In this document: positions 15,968-23,502 of the stretch, one piece after another
Layout of the letters: every line of letters begins with the position of its first letter
Position numbering within the stretch: position 1 is the stretch's first letter
NCBI GenBank assembly: GCA_031409335.1
Contig: JANNWY010000319.1
Coordinates: 1 to 23,502, forward strand
Source: Chthoniobacteraceae bacterium
GTDB taxonomy: Bacteria; Verrucomicrobiota; Verrucomicrobiia; Chthoniobacterales; Chthoniobacteraceae
Length of the DNA stretch: 23,502 nucleotides
Direction: 5' to 3'
Translations under genes and position numbers: made by a program
The notes under the pieces: model-generated
Seen by the model: only the letters and a program-made list of their open reading frames with translations
Told to the model about the DNA's origin: nothing
The model's database searches: none

Positions 15968-16743
15968 GCGGGACGACGATCCATCCGACGGCGGTGATCG
16001 ATCCCGGCGCGCGGATCGGCGAAGGGTGCGGGGTCGGGCCGTATTGCGTGATCGGGCCGGATGTGGAACTCGGCGACGGTTGTCGTTTGCAACATCACGT
16101 GAGCCTTTGCGGGCCGTCGCGTTTTGGAAAAGCGAACGTCTTTTTTCCGTTCTCCACGCTCGGGCAGCAGACGCAGGATTTGAAGTACGCGAGCGAACCG
16201 ACGCATCTCGTCGTCGGCGATGGGAACACGTTTCGTGAATTCGTGACGGTGCATCGCGGCACCGCGCCGGGATCGAGCACGCGCATCGGCAATCGCGGAT
16301 ATTTTCTCGCCTACGTCCACGTCGCGCATGATTGCACGGTCGGAGATGAAGTGATCTTTTCAAACAACGGCACGCTCGCCGGGCACGTGGATGTGGGCGA
16401 TTTCGCGATCCTCGGCGGACTCACGGCGGTGCATCAGTATTGCCGCATCGGCGCGCATGCGATGACGGGCGGTTGCTCGAAGATCGTGCAGGATGTGCCG
16501 CCGTACATGCTGGCGGATGGCAATCCGGCGAAGGTGCGCAGTTACAACAAAGTCGGGATGGAGCGGCGCGGATTCGATGAGCAAACGATGCGCGCGGTGC
16601 GCGAGGCATACCGCATCATTTACCGGCTTTCCTATAACCTCCCGCAGGCGATCGAAGCCATCCGCGCGGACCTGCCCGAGCTGCCCGAGATCGAGCAAAT
16701 CCTGGCGTTCGTTTCGAGCAGTCCACGCGGGATCATCCGGTAA
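15964..16743 (+). CDS. lpxA: Acyl-ACP--UDP-N-acetylglucosamine O-acyltransferase
   Basis: IHPTAVIDPGA hexapeptide repeats, QDLKY, REFVTVHRGT, HVAHDC, LAGHV, VHQYCRIG, DVPPY. Confidence 0.96.
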   Translation: MSGTTIHPTAVIDPGARIGEGCGVGPYCVIGPDVELGDGCRLQHHVSLCGPSRFGKANVFFPFSTLGQQTQDLKYASEPTHLVVGDGNTFREFVTVHRGTAPGSSTRIGNRGYFLAYVHVAHDCTVGDEVIFSNNGTLAGHVDVGDFAILGGLTAVHQYCRIGAHAMTGGCSKIVQDVPPYMLADGNPAKVRSYNKVGMERRGFDEQTMRAVREAYRIIYRLSYNLPQAIEAIRADLPELPEIEQILAFVSSSPRGIIR

Positions 16744-16748
16744 CAGCG

Positions 16749-17354
16749 ATGCCCGCGCGAATGACCGTGCTGCCGGATGAACGACTGGTCGCGCTGCGGC
16801 CCGCGCTGCTGGGGGCGCTGAATGATGCGGCGCTCGAAGTGAGCGGAGCGGCGTTCGGTTCGTTCCTCGACGAGTCGATGCGGAGTCTGTTGACGGAGGG
16901 ATTTCAACGGCTCGGCGCGCACGAAGGAACGGTGTGGCTGCTCGATGAATCGAAGACCGCGCTGGTTCCGCAGTTCAATTCCGGGCCGCACGCGGAGCGC
17001 CTCGTGGGCCAGTTCCGCCAGCGTCTCGGCGCGGGAATGATCAGCATGGTCGCGGCGACGGAGCAGCCGATCTGCGAGAACGAAGTGTGCCGAAACGAAC
17101 GGCAGGATCGCACGCTCGATCATGAATTGGGTTTGAAAACGTGGGCGATGCTCGCGGTGCCTTTTTCGTATTTCAGCGAATTGCGCGGGGTCATTTCCTG
17201 CGTGCAGCTTTTGCCCGCCGATGCCGCGGTTCCGCCGCCAGCGGGTTTTTCCGCGGCGCATCTCCATGAGTTGCAGCACATCGCCGGTCTGCTTTCGCGG
17301 CTCATAGAATACCGCCTGCTTGCCCAGAGTCTTGGCCTGGACGCTTTCGGATGA
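16749..17354 (+). CDS. Stand-alone GAF-domain-like protein
   Basis: GAHEGTVWLLDE...LV...G...G.ISMVAATEQPICENEV...D..LG.KT.AMLAVPF...ELRGVISCV...F....L..L..IAGLLS pattern of GAF domains; no output domain. Confidence 0.7.
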   Translation: MPARMTVLPDERLVALRPALLGALNDAALEVSGAAFGSFLDESMRSLLTEGFQRLGAHEGTVWLLDESKTALVPQFNSGPHAERLVGQFRQRLGAGMISMVAATEQPICENEVCRNERQDRTLDHELGLKTWAMLAVPFSYFSELRGVISCVQLLPADAAVPPPAGFSAAHLHELQHIAGLLSRLIEYRLLAQSLGLDAFG

Positions 17355-18133
17355 CGCGCTGGATTTCCCCCCAGGAAGCGGAACATGCGATCGGGAATGG
17401 ACGGGGCAATGGAGTGCGGATTGCCATTCTCGATTCCGGCGTGGAGGCGGATCACCCGGCGCTCGGCGGGCTGGTGCTCGCGGATGATGTCGCGATCGTG
17501 GAGGAGCGTCTGCGGCTGAAAGAAGCGCCGGGCGGTGTCGATCGATTCGGCCACGGGACTGCGATTGCGAGCATCCTGCGGCGGGTCGCGCCGGAGGCGG
17601 AGCTGGGAAGTTTCCGGGTCTTTGGCGAATCGCTCGCGACGCGCACGGCGACGATCGCGGAAGGCGCGCGGCTCGCGATGGAGCGCGGCTACCACATTCT
17701 GAATTGCAGCTTTGGCTGCGCGATTGCCGAGCATGTGCTGCATCACAAACGCTGGGTGGATGAGGCGTATCTCCGCGGCGTTCACATCGTCGCCGCGTGC
17801 AACAATCACGACTTCGCGCGCCCGGAATGGCCCGGATTTTTTTCCTCCGTGATCACCGTGAACATGGCGCGGACCGGCGACGACGGAGACCTTTTCCACA
17901 AGCCAGGCACGCTCGTGGAATTTGCAGCGCGCGGGATCGACGTGGAGGTGGCGTGGTGCGGCGGGCTGACGAAAAAGGTGACGGGCAGCAGCTTCGCCGC
18001 GCCGCGTGTCGCCGGGATGCTGGCGTGCCTGCTCTCGGAAAAACCCGGGCTCACGCCATTGCAGGCGAAGACTCTTTTCCAGCGTATCGCGCGTCCGTGG
18101 CTGCCGGAATACGCGGCGGCAAACGTGCGGTAG
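17351..18133 (+). CDS. Minimal S8 (subtilisin-like) serine peptidase without signal or pro-peptide
   Basis: Triad motifs VRIAILDSGV (Asp), GHGTAIAS (His) and TGSSFAAPRVAG (Ser); ILNCSFG; VAACNN. ATGA overlap with the GAF gene. Confidence 0.88.
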   Translation: MTRWISPQEAEHAIGNGRGNGVRIAILDSGVEADHPALGGLVLADDVAIVEERLRLKEAPGGVDRFGHGTAIASILRRVAPEAELGSFRVFGESLATRTATIAEGARLAMERGYHILNCSFGCAIAEHVLHHKRWVDEAYLRGVHIVAACNNHDFARPEWPGFFSSVITVNMARTGDDGDLFHKPGTLVEFAARGIDVEVAWCGGLTKKVTGSSFAAPRVAGMLACLLSEKPGLTPLQAKTLFQRIARPWLPEYAAANVR

Positions 18134-18151
18134 CTGCGCTATGCTCCACGC

Positions 18152-18847
18152 ATGATCGTTCTCCGAAAATCCGCCGCACGCGGCCACGCCGAACACGGCT
18201 GGCTCCGCTCGCATCACACCTTCAGCTTCGCCGATTACCACGATCCGGAGTGGATGGGATTCCGCAGCCTGCGCGTCATCAACGACGACGTCGTGGCGCC
18301 GCGCATGGGCTTTGGCAAACATCCGCACCGCGACATGGAGATCATCACTTACATCCTCAGCGGATCGCTGGCGCACGAGGATTCGATGGGAAATGGGCGC
18401 ACGATTTCGACCGGCGAATTCCAATACATGGCGGCGGGAACCGGTGTGCAGCACAGCGAGCAAAATCCTTCCGGCACCGAGGCCGTGCATCTTCTGCAAA
18501 TCTGGATCGTGCCTGATGAAAAAGGCGTGAAGCCGCGCTACGCGGAGAAATCCATGAAGGACGCGGCGACCGGCGCGCTGCATTTGATCGCAAGTAAAGC
18601 GGGCCGCGACGAGGTGATCGCGATTCATCAGGACGCCAGTCTTTTCCTCGGAAAGCTGGAAGCCGAACAGAGCGTGACGCACCCGCTCGCGCCGGGTCGC
18701 CATGCGTGGCTGCACGTCGCCGAGGGAGACGTGACGCTGAACGGCGAGTCGCTACGCGGCGGCGATGCGGCGGCGATCAGCGGCGAATCGGCGCTCGAAA
18801 TCCGCGGCAAGGGGGCAGCGCAAGTGCTGCTGTTCGATCTCGCCTGA
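18152..18847 (+). CDS. Pirin-family protein (YhhW-like)
   Basis: RGHAEHGWLRSHHTFSFADY, LRVINDD, FGKHPHRDMEIITY, HEDSMGN, MAAGTGVQHSE.N, LLQIWI, VLLFDL. Confidence 0.95.
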   Translation: MIVLRKSAARGHAEHGWLRSHHTFSFADYHDPEWMGFRSLRVINDDVVAPRMGFGKHPHRDMEIITYILSGSLAHEDSMGNGRTISTGEFQYMAAGTGVQHSEQNPSGTEAVHLLQIWIVPDEKGVKPRYAEKSMKDAATGALHLIASKAGRDEVIAIHQDASLFLGKLEAEQSVTHPLAPGRHAWLHVAEGDVTLNGESLRGGDAAAISGESALEIRGKGAAQVLLFDLA

Positions 18848-18849
18848 CC

Positions 18850-19098
18850 GTGAAGCTGGCGCAAAACCAAGTCTATCGGAAGGGCGGCGACTTCATCCGC
18901 ATCGTCGAACTCGATCGCCGCGAGGTGCAGTACAAGAGCGTCGCGAATCTGCTCACGCGCGAAGGCAGCCATCATCGCGTCAGCAAGAAGGAATTTTGCC
19001 GCCTGCTGAAAGGCGCGACGCTGCTCACTCAGGATGAAGTCCGCGCGATATGGCTCACCAGTCCGTTTGGCGAAGAGTCCCGTCCCGATCCGGGATGA
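18850..19098 (+). CDS. Small hypothetical protein (82 aa)
   Basis: GTG 2 nt after the pirin stop; protein-like KLAQNQVYRKGGDFIRIVELDRREVQYK...VSKKEFCRLLKGATLL with GC-rich third codon positions. Confidence 0.7.
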   Translation: MKLAQNQVYRKGGDFIRIVELDRREVQYKSVANLLTREGSHHRVSKKEFCRLLKGATLLTQDEVRAIWLTSPFGEESRPDPG

Positions 19099-19181
19099 GT
19101 GACAGCCACCCGCCTATGACGCGCGGGAGGCTTTGCAAATGTTGCGGGCGTGTTTAGGGTGCGCGTCCAAAAAAATTGAAC

Positions 19182-20375
19182 ATGCCTATTCCGAGCATCA
19201 TCGACCCGAGCCGCCTCGAGCGGATTGAATTCAGCAACGACGAAGTCGCGCGCTACTCGCGCCATCTCATCATGCCGGAGGTCACGCTCGAAGGGCAGAA
19301 GCGGCTGAAGGCGTCGAGCGTGCTGTGCATCGGCACGGGCGGGCTCGGGTCGCCGATCGCGCTGTATCTCGCCGCGGCAGGCGTTGGGCGCATCGGGATG
19401 GTCGATGGCGATGTCGTCGATTTCTCGAATCTCCAGCGGCAGATTCTTCACGGCACGAAAGACGTGGGCCGCAAGAAACTCAACTCCGCGCGCGACCGCA
19501 TCCGTGACGTGAACCCGAACGTGCAGGTCGATCTTTACGACACGTATTTCACGTCGGCGAATGCGCGCGAGATCGCCGAACCGTACGATCTCATCATCGA
19601 CGGCACCGATAACTTCCCGACGCGCTACTGCTCGAACGACGTGTCCGTATTCCTGAAAAAGCCGAACATCTACGGATCGATCTTTCGCTTCGACGGACAA
19701 TGCACCGTCTTCGCGCCAAACCTCGGCGGACCGTGCTACCGCTGCATGTTTCCCGAGCCGCCGCCGCCGGGAATGGTGCCGAGTTGCGCGGAAGGCGGAG
19801 TGCTCGGCGTGCTGCCGGGGATCATCGGCGTGATGCAGGCGATCGAGGCGGTGAAGCTGATCATCGGCATCGGCGAGCCGCTGATCGGGCGCATGATCGC
19901 GTTCGATGCGCTGAAGATGAAGTTCCGCGAATTCCGGCTGCGCAAGGATCCGAAGTGCCCGGTGTGTTCGGAGAATCCGACGATCACCGAGCTGATCGAC
20001 TACGAACAATTCTGCGGCATCCCCGAGGCGAAAAAAGCCGAGGAGGCCGAGGCGCATGTGCCGCATATCAGCGTGCAGGATTTGAAGGCGAAGCTGGATC
20101 GCGGCGACAAATTCGTGCTGCTCGATGTGCGCGAGCCGTTCGAGTGGGACATCTGCCGCATCCCCGGCGCGCGCTTGATTCCGCTCGGGCAGTTGCCGGC
20201 GCGTTTGAGCGAGCTGGATAGCGCGGATGAAATCGTGCTCCAGTGCAAAAGCGGGATGCGCTCGGCCAAGGCGCTGCATCTTTTACAGGAAGCGGGCTTT
20301 GGGAAGCTGGCGAATGTCGAGGGCGGCATCCTGGCGTGGGCGGAGCATGTGGATCCGAGTGTGCCGAGGTATTAA
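19182..20375 (+). CDS. moeB: MoeB/ThiF-family adenylyltransferase with C-terminal rhodanese domain (MoeZ-type)
   Basis: RYSRHLIMPEV..EGQKRLK, GTGGLGSP, DGDVVDFSNLQRQ, DGTDNFPTRY, PCYRC, PSCAEGGVLGVLPG, CPVC; rhodanese LLDVREPFEW..CKSGMRS..GGILAW. Confidence 0.95.
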   Translation: MPIPSIIDPSRLERIEFSNDEVARYSRHLIMPEVTLEGQKRLKASSVLCIGTGGLGSPIALYLAAAGVGRIGMVDGDVVDFSNLQRQILHGTKDVGRKKLNSARDRIRDVNPNVQVDLYDTYFTSANAREIAEPYDLIIDGTDNFPTRYCSNDVSVFLKKPNIYGSIFRFDGQCTVFAPNLGGPCYRCMFPEPPPPGMVPSCAEGGVLGVLPGIIGVMQAIEAVKLIIGIGEPLIGRMIAFDALKMKFREFRLRKDPKCPVCSENPTITELIDYEQFCGIPEAKKAEEAEAHVPHISVQDLKAKLDRGDKFVLLDVREPFEWDICRIPGARLIPLGQLPARLSELDSADEIVLQCKSGMRSAKALHLLQEAGFGKLANVEGGILAWAEHVDPSVPRY

Positions 20376-20389
20376 GTCGCGCCGCTCAC

Positions 20390-20584
20390 ATGCTGTCCGC
20401 GGATTTGATTTCGCTGCTTCGTTGTCCGGAAACTTTGCAGCCGTTGCGTGCGGCGACGGCGGAGGAACTCGCGCGCGCACAACTCGCGGAGGGACTGGTT
20501 CGCGCGGATGGGATGGTCGTCTATCCGGTTCGCGAGGGGATTCCGATGCTGCTCGTGGATGAAGCGGTGCGGTTGAATGGGTAG
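20390..20584 (+). CDS. Trm112/YcaR-like small protein
   Basis: MLSADLISLLRCPETLQPL...YPVREGIPMLLVDEA. Confidence 0.8.
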   Translation: MLSADLISLLRCPETLQPLRAATAEELARAQLAEGLVRADGMVVYPVREGIPMLLVDEAVRLNG

Positions 20585-20643
20585 TTCCGACTTTAGTCGG
20601 CTCAGCGCGGGATGACGGTTCTCGCGACAAAAGTCGTGACTAC
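20581..20643. repeat. Inverted pair of GTAG-type REP sequences (REPIN-like); may also act as terminator
   Basis: gtagttccgactttagtcg (20581-20599) vs the reverse complement of cgacaaaagtcgtgactac (20625-20643), 16/19 identical. Each has a GTAG tetranucleotide plus a cgac..gtcg hairpin. Confidence 0.7.
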
Positions 20644-20942
20644 GCCGCCGCGCACGTGACCTGGCTCTACTCGGAGGATTGCCCGCTCACGACCCGCGCA
20701 GTGTTTGATCTATCCGACGGTCGCGCGACTTACTGATACCACTTGCCTACTCAGAAAGGATCAAGGCTCCAATAAGACGTGGATCGAGGGTTTGTTGCCG
20801 CGGTCTCGCGCGGCGCTTTCACTAACACCTCGCAGATCGGGCTCTGGAAAAAGATGCCACGGCCTCACCGCGCCATCTGTATCAGGTGGGCGGTTGCGTT
20901 TGTTCATGCAGAGTTTACAAGAGCAGACAAGTTCCCCCGCAG

Positions 20943-23373
20943 ATGAAATACTTTCGGACGCTTTTCAGATTCGTCTTTCTTTTCGCACTCGCAGCTCCGC
21001 TGCATGCGGATTTGGTCATTTCAGAATTCGTGGCGTCGAATGATTCGGCGCTCTTCGAAGGATTGGGCGAGGCGGAGGATTGGGTCGAGATTCACAACCC
21101 CACGGCAGCGGCGGTGAATCTTGAGGGTTGGAAATTGCGCGACTCGACGACGACTTGGACCTTCCCCGCGACGACGCTCCCGTTGGGCGGGGTTTATGGT
21201 GGTGATTGCTTCGGGGAGACTACAGCAGCCTTACACGGACCCGGCGGGCTATCTGCACACGAGCTTCAAGCTGGATGCAGCCGGGGAGGCGCTGGCGCTG
21301 CTGCGTCCCGACAACTCGGTCGCACATGAGTTCCCCCCGCCCTTGCCAGTGCAAAAGACAGATGTCGGTTACGGACTCACGCAGACGGTGACGTCGCTGA
21401 CGAACTTCGATACGGCGGCAAAAGTGTTTGTGCCGTCGGGGGCGGTGGATCCGCTTTGGCGCAGCTCGGTGGCGTTTTCCACCAGCGGCTGGACGAATGG
21501 AAAAGCGGCGGCGGGATTTGGTTCGCTGGCGTTCCCCGGAGCGAGCGGGACGGTCGCGTATCGCGTGCCCACGGGGACTGTGGGGAATCAGAGTTACGGC
21601 GGGACGCTGGGGCTGGCTTTTGTGGTGAATGAGAGCGTGCTCGTGTCGGAATTGGGTTGTTTCGACAGCGGCGGAAATGGGCTCGGCAGCAACATCACGG
21701 TGCAGCTTTACGCTCGGAATACGAACGGCACGCCAACGAACTTCGCCGACGACACAGCGGGTGCGGTGCTCACTTCCGCGACGTTTACCACGGCAGCGCC
21801 GGGCACGCTCTTGGAGGGGAATCGGTATAAGCGGCTCGCTGTGCCCCTCACGCTTGCGCCAGGCTCTTACACGATCGTGGCTTACGGCTACAGCGCTTCG
21901 GAGATGAACGGAAATTTCACCACGGCATGGGAAACGGACAGCGGCGGCGGAAAGCTCTCATTTGTTGGCAGCGGACGTTACGGCAGCGCGGGCGTGTTCC
22001 CAGCGAGCATTGATGCCGGGCCGGTGAATCGTTACGCAGCGGGCACGTTCAAATTCTCCGGACCGAATGATCCGGTTGTCCGCACAAATCTGCAAACTTC
22101 GATGCAGAGCGTGAATGCGTCGGCGCTGATGCGCGTGACTTTTGCCGTCGCGAACCCAGCCGCTTACGACACGCTTTTACTCGATTTGCCTTACAACGAC
22201 GGTTGCACGGTCTGGCTCAACGGCACCGAAGTCGTCAAGCGAAATTCGCCCTCGACGCTGCTGCACGATTCCACCGCCACTGCGACCGCGACGCAGCGCA
22301 AGGCGGTGCCGCTTTCCACTTCACTGCTCGTGAGCGGGACGAATCTGCTCGCCATTCACGGGCTGAACTCGTCTGCCAGTTCGCCGGATTTTTTCATGGG
22401 TGCGCAGCTCCGCGCGGTGGACACCAATGCCGCGACGGTCCGCTATTTTCCGGTGCCGACGCCTGGCGGGCCAAACGGAACATCCACGGTGGTTGGCTAC
22501 GTCGCCGACACGGCGTTCAGCCATGACCGCGGGTTTTACGATGTCGCGTTTTCACTGATCATCACGAGCGCGACGCCCGGCGCGACGATTCGCTACACGC
22601 TCAATGGCTCTGCTCCGAACGAGACGACGGGCACAATTTACACGGCACCGATTTCCATCACGACGACGAGAGTCGTCCGTGCGATCGCGTATCTCGGCAC
22701 CTTGCAATCGACGAACGTGGATACGCAGACTTACCTCTTTGCAAACGACGTCGCCGTGCAGCCGGGCACCGCGCCGCCGGGCTATCCGAGCGGGACGTGG
22801 ACGGACTATAGCAACAACGTCAGCGTGGCAGCGGACTACGGGATGGTGAGCACGGCGAGCGCGAACTACGCAGCCGCAGCGGGCAATGCGACTTTTTCCA
22901 CGGCCCAGGCGCGGGCGGCGCTTGCAGACTCCCTCAAGGCACTGCCCGTCATTTCCATCGTGCTACCGACCGCGGACCTCTTCGACGCTACGAACGGCAT
23001 CTACCTTCACCCCGGCGGACGCGGCGATGCTTGGGAAAGGGCGTGCTCGGTCGAGATGATCACTGCTGCTGGCACCGATCAGTTTCAGATCAATGGCGGC
23101 ATCCACATCATGGGTTTCACATCGCGAAATCTGAACGTCACGCCGAAGCTGAATATGATGCTGGTCTTTGGTTCGCAATACGGCCCGAACTGGCTTCGGA
23201 AGGACTTCTTCGGCTCGGATGGATCGACGCGGTTTAAGCGCATCGCACTGCGCAGCAATACCCGCGACTCATGGCTCGCGCCGCTCTATGGCGAGGCCAC
23301 GTATCTCGTCGATGGCTTTGCGAAAGAATCGCAACTCGACAGCGGGCATCCCGCCACGCGGGGGTGTGATTAA
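20943..23373 (+). pseudogene. Secreted lamin-tail-domain / Fn3-associated (CHB_HEX_C-like) / CotH-kinase-type protein, frameshifted and IS-truncated
   Basis: Signal peptide MKYFRTLFRFVFLFALAAPLHA and LTD LVISEFVASN..EDWVEIHNP..VNLEGWKLRD. A +1 shift near the G run at 21189-21192 rejoins FMVVIASG..LHTSFKL. Later FSHDRGFY..ATIRYTLNGS.P and LPVISI..WERACSVE. Ends abruptly at GHPATR|G where IS sequence begins. Confidence 0.8.
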
Positions 23374-23502
23374 AAGTGGAATGAGAAGTTAAGCGGCGAG
23401 GTCGGCTTCCCAAAAATCATCCCAGAGGAAGTTTGAGCGCAGGACGCGGAGTTGCGCGAGAGCGTCGGCGCTTTCGGGATTCCATGCGCTGCCGGTTTGT
23501 TT
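23361..23502 (-). mobile_element. Right end of an ISKra4/ISLre2-like insertion sequence with transposase C-terminus (partial)
   Basis: Minus-strand frame 23502->23389 reads KQTGSAWNPESADALAQLRVLRSNFLWDDFWEADLAA*, matching the K..G..W....A..L..LR....N..W..FW end of these transposases. The element ends about 28 nt later in a GGGGTGTGA terminus. Confidence 0.7.

Noticed and set aside
13151..16363. 1070-aa minus-strand ORF and other long antisense or alternate-frame ORFs (e.g. 2668-4293, 8292-9671, 9625-11187, 17120-18715, 19029-20279)
   Set aside because: Shadows of well-supported genes in high-GC DNA; compositionally biased, with no recognisable motifs.
19133..19160. TTGCAA-N16-TAGGGT as a sigma-70 promoter for moeB
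   Set aside because: Plausible but weak match that cannot be supported from sequence alone.

Overview
GC-rich bacterial window, probably Verrucomicrobia/PVC (inferred from the lpxC-fabZ fusion next to lpxA, the MoxR-Bat operon and a lamin-tail/CotH-type secreted protein). Both ends run into insertion sequences: an IS4-like end at 1-140 truncates hsdS, and an ISKra4/ISLre2-like end from about 23361 truncates the CotH-type gene. Bases 1-7423 form a decaying accessory island at the 3' end of a minus-strand tRNA-Ser(GGA). It holds a type I R-M cassette (hsdM, a Schlafen/AlbA_2 gene, truncated hsdS), a second truncated hsdM, an rhuM remnant and several chimeric gene fragments. The most unusual feature is the set of tiny hairpin or heptamer elements of about 24-130 bp inside the hsdM genes. 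Six interrupt the remnant hsdM, two of them carrying nested elements, and two more sit in the intact hsdM; all keep the reading frame open. Bases 7791-20584 look like core genome: moxR-DUF58-small membrane protein-batA-batB, a lipoprotein, amtB, lpxC-fabZ, lpxA, a GAF plus minimal subtilase pair, pirin, a small ORF, moeB-rhodanese and a Trm112-like gene. All family calls come from recognising motifs by eye; no database search was run.
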